A DNA stretch of 40,684 nt. Origin: Candidatus Fermentibacterota bacterium (GTDB lineage: Bacteria > Fermentibacterota > Fermentibacteria > Fermentibacterales > JCC-6). The stretch covers positions 1-40,684 of the forward strand of contig QNDS01000002.1 of assembly GCA_003644925.1 (NCBI GenBank), in the 5' to 3' direction. This document shows, one piece after another, positions 1-7,768 of the stretch. The stretch's first letter is position 1. Each line of letters opens with the position of its first letter. The position numbers and the translations under genes are program-made. The notes under the pieces were generated by a model that had not been told where the DNA came from, did no database searches, and saw nothing but the letters and a program-made list of their open reading frames with translations.

Positions 1-89
1 GAAGCAGGAACTATATTCGGCAAAACCTCAACTCCATAATTGAATTTGCCGTTGGAAGCCCACGAACTTTAGTCGTGGGAGGATGTCAC
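1..89 (+). mobile_element. tnpB: Right end of a second IS200/IS605-family (TnpB-only) copy, truncated by the window edge. Contains the last 12 tnpB codons (1..39) and the RE terminal hairpin.
   Basis: nt 1-60 are the reverse complement of about 14141-14207 (3' end of the complete tnpB). The only difference is one extra A in an A-run (ggcaaaacc vs ggcaaacc), which changes the C-terminus (...EAGTIFGKTSTP* vs ...EAGTIFGKPQLHN*). Both copies end in gggaggatgtcac (77-89 here). Confidence 0.8.
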
Positions 90-311
90 TCCTTTGGGGA
101 GCCACAAGCTGATGCGATAGTGGGGGTCTGCCAACACAGGGGCATGAAAACAAAAAAGGAAGAAATCAAAGAGATCCCAACGAAAGCACTAATAGATGCC
201 ACACTACTGGAAGAGATATCTAAAGCAAACAAGATATGTGCATTCTCCGGTTTTGATACGCCAGAGTCAAAAGCCATCTGCATGTCAGGGATAATCGCGA
301 GAAAATCGTGA
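75..311 (+). CDS. Hypothetical small protein; the likely true start is the ATG at 144 (55 aa).
   Basis: ORF track. The first 15 nt lie inside the IS right end, so the upstream alternative start is doubtful. The in-frame ATG at 144 gives MKTKKEEIKE... No recognisable motif. Confidence 0.25.
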   Translation: MGGCHSFGEPQADAIVGVCQHRGMKTKKEEIKEIPTKALIDATLLEEISKANKICAFSGFDTPESKAICMSGIIARKS

Positions 312-327
312 CAAATTTGGCAAAAAC

Positions 328-504
328 ATGGAATTATCTGAAGTACACGATTGCAACCAATGCCATGGGAAAATCGTCTGCATAGCAGTAGATGTCCTAG
401 GGAACGCCTACTGTAGCTACTGCGGAGAGCGAGTGGATTATTCTGGATATTTCAGCCAACAACTAAGGAAAACAGCAGGCATTCCAACCACCACCTCTCC
501 CTGA
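328..504 (+). CDS. Small zinc-ribbon-like protein (58 aa), below the ORF-track cutoff.
   Basis: Hand translation: MELSEVHDCNQCHGKIVCIAVDVLGNAYCSYCGERVDYSGYFSQQLRKTAGIPTTTSP*. It has two CxxC pairs (CNQC, CSYC). Confidence 0.35.
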   Translation: MELSEVHDCNQCHGKIVCIAVDVLGNAYCSYCGERVDYSGYFSQQLRKTAGIPTTTSP

Positions 505-560
505 CTGCACCCTACTCCTCTATAAATTCGCACCCATCCATCAATGGTGTAAACTGCCAC

Positions 561-613
561 TTACGACATGTGAGCGGGAAAGCCCACGAACTTTAGCTGT
601 GGGAGTATGTCAG
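561..613 (+). repeat. IS-end-derived mini-element with one hairpin flanked by an LE-like left arm and an RE-like right arm (MITE/PATE-like).
   Basis: ttacgacatgtgagcgggaaagcccac matches the LE of the full IS (reverse complement of 15441-15470). cccacgaactttagctgtgggagtatgtcag matches the RE hairpin and terminus seen at 59-89. Confidence 0.6.
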
Positions 614-943
614 CTTCCTCAATTTAGTTGGATGACTCAATTTATAATCAAGTTCTAACGGCTTCCAAACATCCTCACGGTATCCCTTGTATCCTTTCAC
701 ATATCTCTTAACCCTTGCATCGAATTCAACCTGATCACCCTCCTTCAAATCAAGAGCAGCGAATCCTTTAGTGAGATTGAACCAGAGATGTTCTGCGACT
801 AATCGATTGGTTGAGACATCCTCAACATATTTGAGGAGGATTGTTCGTTCCAACCCTTTATATCCCTTCTTTGTTCCAAAACGAACAAAGTAAGCACGGA
901 ATCTTTTTCTTTTACCTTCGAAATTCTTCAGACCTTCCCTCAT
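593..943 (-). CDS. Hypothetical protein (116 aa from the ATG at 943; the track ORF extends to an alternative start at 967), basic and beta-rich.
   Basis: ORF track. The sequence ...RFRAYFVRFGTKKGYKG..HLWFNLTKGF..LKEGDQVEFDARVKRYVKGYKG... looks like a real conserved-type protein, but I cannot name a family. The last ~6 codons and the stop lie inside the 561-613 hairpin element. Confidence 0.5.
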   Translation of the reverse strand: MREGLKNFEGKRKRFRAYFVRFGTKKGYKGLERTILLKYVEDVSTNRLVAEHLWFNLTKGFAALDLKEGDQVEFDARVKRYVKGYKGYREDVWKPLELDYKLSHPTKLRKLTYSHS

Positions 944-956
944 CTTATTTGTGCTA

Positions 957-990
957 GGGAAACCCACGGCTGCTAGTCGTGGGAGAGACC
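957..990 (+). repeat. Degenerate IS-end-like hairpin copy.
   Basis: gggaaacccacggctgctagtcgtgggagagacc resembles gggaaagcccacgaactttagctgtgggagtatgtc (577-611). It sits 14 nt upstream of the ATG at 943 of the minus-strand CDS. Confidence 0.45.
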
Positions 991-1121
991 CGCACGTATC
1001 ACCTCCATACCATATTTAATAATACTCCAATAAGAAGCAAAAACCAGATGGGTAGTTTTACGTCTAACACCCTCCTGTCTTCGGATAGTGTAACTTCCAA
1101 CACACTCTTGTCTTCGTCCAT

Positions 1122-1568
1122 TCATATCACCCTCACTTTTTTGTCAAGTATTAAGTGAGTTATGAATCCAAGCAATGCATATACTACATACACGCCTTCA
1201 AATAACATAAGGGGCAATGATATGATGTATCCGAAAAACAATGTATGGAACGTGCCCCGATGCCTCTGAGTCCATACAAACAATAACATGCCTGCGAAAA
1301 ACATGCTAACCAACGCACCCTGCCAGAGAAGCACATAGTTCTGCGACATCGCGTAGCTTGACAGAAGTATGCAACACAAAGCAAAAATCTCAAAATACTT
1401 CCTAATCCTGCTGTTCGGGTGATCTAGGTCAGGGATAAGCGAATACAGAACACACAAGGGTATGCCCCACAACCAATGCAGGTTCTCAAATAACCCAAAG
1501 AAATACAACACGGCAGTTACTACAACGGCCGTTAAGAAACCCCCCGCTAAATGCCCCCCAAAATTCAT
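1122..1568 (-). CDS. Membrane-bound metal-dependent hydrolase-like protein (YdjM/DUF457-like).
   Basis: Polytopic membrane protein carrying GGH near the N-terminus, SLIPDLDHPNS, HRGTFHT and THLILD. These His/Asp motifs are arranged as in the YdjM/DUF457 family. By-eye call. Confidence 0.5.
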   Translation of the reverse strand: MNFGGHLAGGFLTAVVVTAVLYFFGLFENLHWLWGIPLCVLYSLIPDLDHPNSRIRKYFEIFALCCILLSSYAMSQNYVLLWQGALVSMFFAGMLLFVWTQRHRGTFHTLFFGYIISLPLMLFEGVYVVYALLGFITHLILDKKVRVI

Positions 1569-1978
1569 TCCTCCACCTCATCTATCCCCCTGAATCCTTC
1601 CCCACATCCTATTTCTTTACTATCGTTCTCCGGGGCATTTAGCAGCATAGTCCCATTACTCCAACGAATCTCTCTCGACTGTGAACAACTGCATCCACCT
1701 TCATCGAAACGGTAGCAGAGGTAGTGATGTGTCTTGCAACAGTTTCTACAGTATTCTTCATCCACTTCAGGGCACACTGGGGGGTGGGGGCAAGGTACTG
1801 CTTCCGTTATGCACTCTTGCGAACACGTGTATTGTGCAATCTCCGTCGGAAGCGAACTACATTGATTGCATGAGTGCCCCCCATATCTCTGCTGGTGGGA
1901 TGTCTCTATTATGGAAATGTAAACAGCAACAAGAATCACCACAACCAACAAAACCAACCTATAATCCTTAGATTCCAT
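1565..1978 (-). CDS. Cysteine-rich single-pass membrane protein.
   Basis: ORF track with the start trimmed to the internal ATG (MESKDYRLVLLVVVILVAVY...). One N-terminal TM helix, then about 20 Cys. An ATGA stop/start overlap with the downstream gene (1565-1568) indicates an operon. Confidence 0.4.
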   Translation of the reverse strand: MESKDYRLVLLVVVILVAVYISIIETSHQQRYGGHSCNQCSSLPTEIAQYTCSQECITEAVPCPHPPVCPEVDEEYCRNCCKTHHYLCYRFDEGGCSCSQSREIRWSNGTMLLNAPENDSKEIGCGEGFRGIDEVEE

Positions 1979-2459
1979 TGTTGACGCACAGATATCCTCT
2001 GAATTTTTCAGCACCGCACTGTATCATGTGAAACGGCATATCCTCCTCATCGCACATGCTTCTCCAGAAGAGGATGTCTTCCTGTGAGGGGCTACAGTTT
2101 CCGGAGTGGTGGGGGTGGAGCGTGCCAACACAATCACTGTAGTTGCATGGTGTCTCATACATGAACACAGCATACGGGCACGAAAACACATCCTTTTCCT
2201 CGACTATATCTGCAATCATAATCTCTCTATTAGATATCTGCCCTCTCAGGCAGTAGAGGTACTCCACATCTCTGTGGGTGTACTCTCCCTCCAACTTATC
2301 GAATAGGCTTTTATTTATTGAAATCTCCAATGCGTCGGGTGCTTGGATTTCATATGTGACTATAATATCTTGTGTATCCCTTTCTCCCGCATAATACGCG
2401 ACAGTTAAGCTAAGCAGCACCACCGTCAACCAAAAAAACAGGATAGTCCAGATTCTCAT
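1968..2459 (-). CDS. Membrane-anchored JAB/MPN+ (JAMM) metalloprotease-like protein.
   Basis: Exact JAMM signature H-x-H-x7-S-x2-D (H115-P-H117-HSGNCSP-S125-QE-D128; nt 2076-2117). An upstream Glu sits in E66-YLYCLRG. N-terminal hydrophobic anchor MRIWTILFFWLTVVLLSLTVAYYAG. Confidence 0.55.
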   Translation of the reverse strand: MRIWTILFFWLTVVLLSLTVAYYAGERDTQDIIVTYEIQAPDALEISINKSLFDKLEGEYTHRDVEYLYCLRGQISNREIMIADIVEEKDVFSCPYAVFMYETPCNYSDCVGTLHPHHSGNCSPSQEDILFWRSMCDEEDMPFHMIQCGAEKFRGYLCVNNGI

Positions 2460-2462
2460 ATT

Positions 2463-2741
2463 TCACCTGTAGGCTGGGTTTTTTTCTCCAGTCTCTAATC
2501 GGGGGGTGTTCTCTGGATAAACTCCTTCTTCGAAATCCTCCACGTCCTCCAAGAACCCGCAGTCTTCTTCAAAGTCATCATCAATCTCTTCACCCAAGCC
2601 AATAAGCTCTATCTTTTTTTCCATTGCGTTCATATAACTATTGAAGCGATCCACGGTTTTCTTGATCTCATATAGTATCCAGTATCCATAGATCACCCAG
2701 GCTGAGAGCATCACGAAAAACACCACCTCTAACCAATCCAT
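2463..2741 (-). CDS. Small membrane protein with an acidic C-terminal tail.
   Basis: ORF track. One N-terminal TM helix, then a D/E-rich tail. First gene of the minus-strand operon. Confidence 0.4.
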   Translation of the reverse strand: MDWLEVVFFVMLSAWVIYGYWILYEIKKTVDRFNSYMNAMEKKIELIGLGEEIDDDFEEDCGFLEDVEDFEEGVYPENTPRLETGEKNPAYR

Positions 2742-2759
2742 GTATTCTATTTTGTTTTC

Positions 2760-2776
2760 AAGGTTTATAAATGATA
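2760..2776. promoter_or_regulatory. TATA-like box in the divergent intergenic region.
   Basis: aaggtttataaatgata lies between the divergent genes ending at 2741 (-) and starting at 2865 (+). Confidence 0.3.
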
Positions 2777-2864
2777 ATCTTCGTTATCCCTGAATTTATG
2801 CGGGTTTCCTTTTTAAACAATGAAATGAATATAATAACATGGATAAGCTTGGGGGTGCTGGATA

Positions 2865-3344
2865 ATGGAACGGAAGTCATTAGTCCTTGGTGGGGCGACA
2901 GTAGCACTTATCCTGGTGATATACCTCACAGCCACTTTCATGTCCCCAATCTCTGATAAGCCCTCCTGTGTTGAATTAAAGAACGGGAAATTCAGGTACT
3001 ACTCTATCGCATGCATACTTGAGGAGAGTGAGCCAATAATATCTGTGGGCTGTAAGTGGGATATATCCAATGACACAAACACAAACTGTAGCCTCACGGA
3101 GCTATATACCCTCCTGAACGTTACCACCCCCCTGCTCTATGACTGTGTGAGCTACAACAACATCAGCATAGAACGGGGACTCTACCTAGCCTCCGACTGT
3201 CTGCTGGACGGATTCAGTAGAGAACACCGGGATAAAATAGGCATCACACTCACACCATACCTGAACAACTCACCAACACAACATGTATATTCAGAACTAC
3301 AGAAAAAACAGGATGCAGTGGAGGACGGCTATGGCAGCACATAA
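2865..3344 (+). CDS. Membrane-anchored or secreted Cys-containing protein with N-x-S/T sequons.
   Basis: ORF track. N-terminal TM/signal anchor (LVLGGATVALILVIYLTATF), SD-like ggggtg upstream. Confidence 0.45.
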   Translation: MERKSLVLGGATVALILVIYLTATFMSPISDKPSCVELKNGKFRYYSIACILEESEPIISVGCKWDISNDTNTNCSLTELYTLLNVTTPLLYDCVSYNNISIERGLYLASDCLLDGFSREHRDKIGITLTPYLNNSPTQHVYSELQKKQDAVEDGYGST

Positions 3345-3388
3345 CAAAGAGGGGGTTTATCTGGAATCAAGAAAAACAGGGGATACTC

Positions 3389-3745
3389 TTGCGTGGACTG
3401 TTGGTATACGGGAAAGAGAGTGTCACATTCAAGGACGAAGAAAACGCACACACATACCTGAAACTGCTAGACGTCGAAAAGAGAATCAAACAATTGGAGG
3501 AAACTATGGCGGAGGAGATAGATGGTAAGCTACCCACGACTAAAAGCCGTGGGTCTCATTGGCACCAACGTAAGATGATTGATACGCACGTGATTAAACG
3601 GCTTCGTGTGAGTCGTGTGTTGGGTGTTGAGGAAATCGAAGGGGTTTCGGTGGATGTTATTTTCAAGGCAGAAGAGGGTGGGAAGTATGTTATCGATACC
3701 TTATCACTCAAGCGTTTGCTGAAAGATGTTGATGATGGAACTTAG
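3389..3745 (+). CDS. Hypothetical protein; possibly two ORFs fused in frame through an IS-end remnant.
   Basis: ORF track (TTG start). Residues GKLPTTKSRGSHWHQRK are encoded by the LE-like remnant at 3525-3574. An in-frame ATG at 3575 follows the remnant exactly as the ATG at 15471 follows the LE of the complete IS. Confidence 0.35.
   Translation: MRGLLVYGKESVTFKDEENAHTYLKLLDVEKRIKQLEETMAEEIDGKLPTTKSRGSHWHQRKMIDTHVIKRLRVSRVLGVEEIEGVSVDVIFKAEEGGKYVIDTLSLKRLLKDVDDGT
3525..3574 (-). repeat. Solo, degenerate IS left-end-like remnant.
   Basis: gtaagctacccacgactaaaagccgtggg...cgtaag parallels 22897-22949 (gtaagctaccctaggcttaaagctcgtggg...cgtaaa) and 15431-15470. Confidence 0.5.
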
Positions 3746-4505
3746 GGCGGAGATACTTCAGGGGAGGCTGTTGGAGTTTTTTAATGCGGCGGCGTATTGT
3801 GGTAACAAGATAGAGTTGCGGATGGATAAGGGAGGGATTGGGTTTTCACAGGTTTGCGTGGATGATCGGGGGTTGGGGGTAATGGATCTCTTCTCTGAGG
3901 ACTTCAATGAATACGTGTTCATCTCCCGATCTGGTGAATGCAGTGTTTGTTTATCTATCCATCCTATTTTAACAGCACTTAGTATGGTGGGGGATGATGA
4001 TTATGTCACGTTGAAGATAAACCGCCATGGGCTGTGGCTGAAATCCGAACACATGAAGCATTCCATGAATCTGGAGGAGGATATACTCTCCAGAACAAAT
4101 CACTTGCCTTCTGATTATGTGGCACAGGTTGAACTTGGTATAAACCAACTGCGTGAGTTGCTGTCTGGCATTAGATTGGACGACAAAGCAGATAATGTAT
4201 CTTTCATAACCACCCCCTTCATAACCAAACAGCAGGTGTTCCTGATAAGCTACGGAGAAATAGGGGGTCATTTCTTAACGGAGGTGGAAACGGGATTCAA
4301 GGTACTCTCTATGGGTGCTGGAGTGAGCACGAAATCAAGATACGATATTAATGACTTACTGCACTTCCTTGAGGCATTCCCTGATCATGATGCGATAATC
4401 TACTTAGGTAAAAAAGACTATCCCCTGCTTATTGAGGTTCTGCTTGGAACAGGTGTACTGAAATACTATCTTAGTCCAACAATCAAGGAGGAAAAAAATG
4501 TCTAA
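3726..4505 (+). CDS. PCNA-like sliding clamp (candidate).
   Basis: About 255 aa, the typical PCNA length. The C-terminus ...DYPLLIEVLLGTGVLKYYLSPTIKEE resembles the conserved archaeal PCNA end (PL.l.y.i..G.l.fyLAPkiEE). Regular beta-strand periodicity throughout. By-eye only. Confidence 0.5.
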   Translation: MLMMELRAEILQGRLLEFFNAAAYCGNKIELRMDKGGIGFSQVCVDDRGLGVMDLFSEDFNEYVFISRSGECSVCLSIHPILTALSMVGDDDYVTLKINRHGLWLKSEHMKHSMNLEEDILSRTNHLPSDYVAQVELGINQLRELLSGIRLDDKADNVSFITTPFITKQQVFLISYGEIGGHFLTEVETGFKVLSMGAGVSTKSRYDINDLLHFLEAFPDHDAIIYLGKKDYPLLIEVLLGTGVLKYYLSPTIKEEKNV

Positions 4506-4827
4506 GAACGAAGAAGAGAAACAGGAAATCAAGCACATCAATTTTGTGGTGGCAAGAGAGGTTGACGAAAAATTCACGGAAAAACTACGACGGGCGAACA
4601 GCAGACGACGCATAAAAAAACTACCTCCCCTAAACAAGCAGGATGTGTTAAGCCAACACTTCGCGAAGATGGCGGAGGTGGGAATCCTAGACGAATCCTA
4701 CGTGGATTCCATCATACGAGACAAAGCCGAAATACTACGGAAGGTGGCGAAAACCCTCTCAAAACAAGTCTTCAACGAGACAGGATACCCCACCGGCGTT
4801 GAGGAAATCATCCGAAAAACAAGATGA
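4498..4827 (+). CDS. Hypothetical protein, possibly a ribbon-helix-helix DNA binder.
   Basis: ORF track. Strong SD aggagg 7 nt upstream. The N-terminal INFVVAREVDEKFTEKLRR fits a beta-strand plus helix RHH pattern (weak). Confidence 0.45.
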   Translation: MSKNEEEKQEIKHINFVVAREVDEKFTEKLRRANSRRRIKKLPPLNKQDVLSQHFAKMAEVGILDESYVDSIIRDKAEILRKVAKTLSKQVFNETGYPTGVEEIIRKTR

Positions 4828-5036
4828 GAGTTCGGCTACATGAAGACAAGGGAGGGGTATACCTTAAGGCTCCCACAGACGCACACAAGGTTATTGTAAT
4901 ATTAGTTAACCACAGAAATTTGGAGGGAACTGAATTCAGTGCAGAAGCAAATGACGGAAAAATATATGTGCCAGAGTGTGTGGCGAAGTCGCTGGATTTC
5001 CGGGCAGGGGACACCTGCAAACTAATGTTGAGGTAG
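4824..5036 (+). CDS. AbrB/SpoVT-like small DNA-binding protein (candidate).
   Basis: KIYVPECVAKSLDFRAGDTCKL resembles the swapped-hairpin motif (i.iP..v...l.l..GD.v.l). ATGA overlap with the upstream gene. Confidence 0.4.
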   Translation: MRVRLHEDKGGVYLKAPTDAHKVIVILVNHRNLEGTEFSAEANDGKIYVPECVAKSLDFRAGDTCKLMLR

Positions 5037-5041
5037 AACAC

Positions 5042-5335
5042 GTGGAAAGAAGCATAACCCAAGATTACAAGGATATCCTATCCATCCTCCGCTCGGAGGT
5101 GGAGCAGGTGGATCGGAGAATGAATGAGCTATACTCTAAAAAGAGGGAGACAACAGATTATATGCGTGCGATAACAGAACACATCAACAAGAGAGATAAG
5201 CAGGAACTAAGGAAACAATATACTCCTCTTATAACCTCACTCAAAACAATAATAGACAAGATCCAGGAAGAAATAGATTCCACCTCCCGATACAGGCGGG
5301 ATCTCCAGGAGGGAATCGAAAAAATAGAAGTTTGA
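5042..5335 (+). CDS. Coiled-coil protein.
   Basis: Track ORF 4976..5335 trimmed to the GTG at 5042, which is preceded by SD tgaggta and follows the upstream stop at 5036. Confidence 0.4.
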   Translation: MERSITQDYKDILSILRSEVEQVDRRMNELYSKKRETTDYMRAITEHINKRDKQELRKQYTPLITSLKTIIDKIQEEIDSTSRYRRDLQEGIEKIEV

Positions 5336-5339
5336 CAAG

Positions 5340-5627
5340 ATGGAACTAAAAATCGACCACCGTGAACGGACGGTGCATGAGGCGTTGGGCATAAGTAGTG
5401 AGCGAAGAACAGAGTTGTTGGCTACTCTGGAGAAAAAAATGATGGACGCTACAGCATCCGGAGATATGAACCTATCCCAAACCATAGAGTTCATATTAAC
5501 CCGTTTCGAGAATCCGCTGGAGCAGGCGTGGCTTATATTCATCCTGGGGGTGGGGGAGGGAATATCCCGTGAAAGGAAAAAAAAGATAGTCCCTATCTGG
5601 GGGTTGGGTGGTGCTAGTGGACGGTAA
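5340..5627 (+). CDS. Hypothetical protein.
   Basis: ORF track; tight packing with its neighbours. Confidence 0.4.
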   Translation: MELKIDHRERTVHEALGISSERRTELLATLEKKMMDATASGDMNLSQTIEFILTRFENPLEQAWLIFILGVGEGISRERKKKIVPIWGLGGASGR

Positions 5628-6492
5628 GGGTCAGGGTGCTGTGGATTGTCTGATGACCTATGGATGGGCGATTATGGTTATGATGGTTGTTGGATTACTT
5701 CTCTGGCAGATGGGGGCATTTGGACACCCGCCCACGCGTCCAACTGATGCAGACTGTCTTGAAGCATGTAGGGTCAACCATCCCGAAACAGATTATGCTG
5801 TAGTTCTTGACAAACCAAAATGTGTATGTCTTTGTTATTTAGCAGAGAGGTGTTTTAATAGAAGCAACTTCGAATACTGTGAAAAAGACGATCTCCTCCA
5901 GGAACTATCGTGTTCTGAGTGCAAGACAGAACCCGAAAACCCCTACGGGTATGAGAGCAGGAAAATCACGAGACGTACCTTCTACATCGACAACAGAACC
6001 GGCGAAATACTTGATAAAAAAGTTGAGAAAATCAGGCGGAATGCCTCCACTCCTTATGAGGGTGATTGGGCGGTTTATACTCTGGTTGATGCCTGCGAAT
6101 TTAATCCCAACTCTGAAGATTGCGTGTGCGTGGAATGGGAACTCCACGGAAAGCAAATCAACTATTTTAATAGAGACGCTCCTTATTGGGAAGACAACGA
6201 TAGCATTACCGTTACCTATGGCAACTATGGACGCCTTAAAGAGGGAGATGAATTCGCACCCACCCCAACAAACACAACATTCACTACACCCTACATAATC
6301 TATTATAAAAATCAAACAATCGGTGGTGGCTATGCGGGGAACATGACTAATTTGACTGTTGAATATTTTGTAGTCGAAATACTTAGGAGGAGATGCGTCC
6401 GTGCCATCCCCGCAAGCGAAACAAAAACAACCCCCCTACCCCCCGCAATTGTCTCAAAGACACAAAACAAATCGTTGGAGGGTGTGCATTAG
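5608..6492 (+). CDS. Class III signal peptide (archaeal type IV pilin-like) protein with a Cys-rich, sequon-rich extracellular part.
   Basis: The N-terminus ...DGKG/QGAVDCLMTYGWAIMVMMVVGLLLW matches the archaeal prepilin pattern ([KR]G/Q..[ED].L.TYGWA plus a hydrophobic helix). Confidence 0.6.
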   Translation: MVLVDGKGQGAVDCLMTYGWAIMVMMVVGLLLWQMGAFGHPPTRPTDADCLEACRVNHPETDYAVVLDKPKCVCLCYLAERCFNRSNFEYCEKDDLLQELSCSECKTEPENPYGYESRKITRRTFYIDNRTGEILDKKVEKIRRNASTPYEGDWAVYTLVDACEFNPNSEDCVCVEWELHGKQINYFNRDAPYWEDNDSITVTYGNYGRLKEGDEFAPTPTNTTFTTPYIIYYKNQTIGGGYAGNMTNLTVEYFVVEILRRRCVRAIPASETKTTPLPPAIVSKTQNKSLEGVH

Positions 6493-6497
6493 AAAAA

Positions 6498-6713
6498 ATG
6501 GATAATACTTATTCCTACCTCAATGCGAAGGAGTTCACGGCGGTAAGTGCTGGACTATTGTTTAGCGGTTATTTCTTATATCTTTTGATAAAAATGGCGT
6601 TGTTCGGAGAAATACCCCTCGGGGAGCCCAACCCCCTAATTCTCTACACTGAGATACTTGGGATGGTGGTGTCTACTGTTCTCTGTGCGGGGGTCTTTTG
6701 GAATAATCTCTAG
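6498..6713 (+). CDS. Small two-TM membrane protein.
   Basis: Track ORF 6393..6713 trimmed to the ATG at 6498, just after the upstream stop at 6492. Confidence 0.45.
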   Translation: MDNTYSYLNAKEFTAVSAGLLFSGYFLYLLIKMALFGEIPLGEPNPLILYTEILGMVVSTVLCAGVFWNNL

Positions 6714-6728
6714 TTTTGAGGTCAATAA

Positions 6729-7199
6729 ATGGTTGGAAACGAAAAAAAAGATAAGGACAAAGAAAAAAAGGACAGAAGAGAAAAGAAGGAAGAGGCTAAG
6801 ACACTGAAGGAACGGTTGGCTGGCGGAGATGCTGGTGAAGCGGTTGCTGGTGAAGTGGATAAGACAGCATCCCCTCAGGAGGATGTGGAGAGATTAAGCT
6901 CTCTCGAGTTTGACTTCAGCAGGTTTTCAGAGGCAGTCACCCGGAAGGTTGAGGAGGTTGATAAGGCAATACTTGCTATCAATGAGAGACTACGCACCTT
7001 GGAGGGTGAGGATGTATTGGTAGACGAAGATGCTGGATTGCCTAAAGAGTATGTTGACTTGAAGGTGAGAATAGAGAAAAATTTTGCTGGGACGAGCATG
7101 AAATTTGAGTTGTTGGGTGCATCCAACAATCTGAGTACTCGCTTTTTGGATGAGGTTTATGAGACTTATGGGTTTGAGATCACTAAAGGGGAGTCATAA
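6729..7199 (+). CDS. K/E-rich coiled-coil protein.
   Basis: ORF track; low-complexity KDKEKKDRREKKEE N-terminus followed by heptad-like segments. Confidence 0.5.
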   Translation: MVGNEKKDKDKEKKDRREKKEEAKTLKERLAGGDAGEAVAGEVDKTASPQEDVERLSSLEFDFSRFSEAVTRKVEEVDKAILAINERLRTLEGEDVLVDEDAGLPKEYVDLKVRIEKNFAGTSMKFELLGASNNLSTRFLDEVYETYGFEITKGES

Positions 7200-7768
7200 T
7201 GGAAAACAAAGAGATTGGTGTGGGGGCTAAGAGGATAACGGATTATTTGAAGCCGCGGTTGGTTCCATCTAATCTGGAGCAGCATCAACGTGTTGTTTTG
7301 GATGTGCTTTTGAGGCATTCTGGGGAGTTTGCTTTTGGTGTTGTTCGTGGTTTGCGGGAGGAGTTCAGAATATGTACTGGTTCAGCATATAACCTCCTCC
7401 GGAAACTAAGCGGAGTGGGTGTGATATCTTATGTGCCGAGGGAGCCCATTGGTTTCGCTAAATTATTTAGTGTTCCCTCCAGGTATGTCTCTATTGATGT
7501 GGATGCTGTGATGAGGTTACCTAAGACGTTGGGTGGTTTAGCGTGGGCTAAAAACATCAAGGTCGATATGGTATCACCAGGTATTGTGCGGTGGGTTTAT
7601 GAGGGTGCACGGAAGGATGGTAAGAAACCTCCTGTGTTGTTCATAATGGGGGATGGGATCTATGAGAACCCTCGCTTGAATTCACAGTTGGATGTTCCGC
7701 AGAGGGCGGGTATCGCTGAGAGGGCGGTATTTCGCATACTAAGGCAATATAATTGTTTGAGTATTTGA
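7199..7768 (+). CDS. Winged-helix DNA-binding protein (candidate).
   Basis: QRVVLDVLLRHSGEFAFGVVRGLREEFRICTGSAYNLLRKLSGVGVISYV fits an HTH plus wing pattern. The upstream stop TAA shares one base (7199) with this gene's ATG. Confidence 0.45.
   Translation: MENKEIGVGAKRITDYLKPRLVPSNLEQHQRVVLDVLLRHSGEFAFGVVRGLREEFRICTGSAYNLLRKLSGVGVISYVPREPIGFAKLFSVPSRYVSIDVDAVMRLPKTLGGLAWAKNIKVDMVSPGIVRWVYEGARKDGKKPPVLFIMGDGIYENPRLNSQLDVPQRAGIAERAVFRILRQYNCLSI

Noticed and set aside
519-613. A TATA-like ctctataaat upstream of the 561-613 mini-element, suggesting an orphan omega-RNA-like guide antisense to gene 593..943.
   Set aside because: The mini-element lacks the ~100 nt of scaffold that lies within the tnpB 3' end in the full copies. 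A functional guide RNA is therefore unlikely, and the promoter call is weak.
4824-5335. An AbrB-like gene plus the downstream gene as a VapBC-type toxin-antitoxin pair.
   Set aside because: The downstream product is a coiled-coil protein with no PIN or other toxin motifs.
5879-6315. ORFs 5879..6298 (+) and 5905..6315 (-) inside the pilin-like gene.
   Set aside because: They overlap a longer ORF that has a clear class III signal peptide. They have no start context or motifs.
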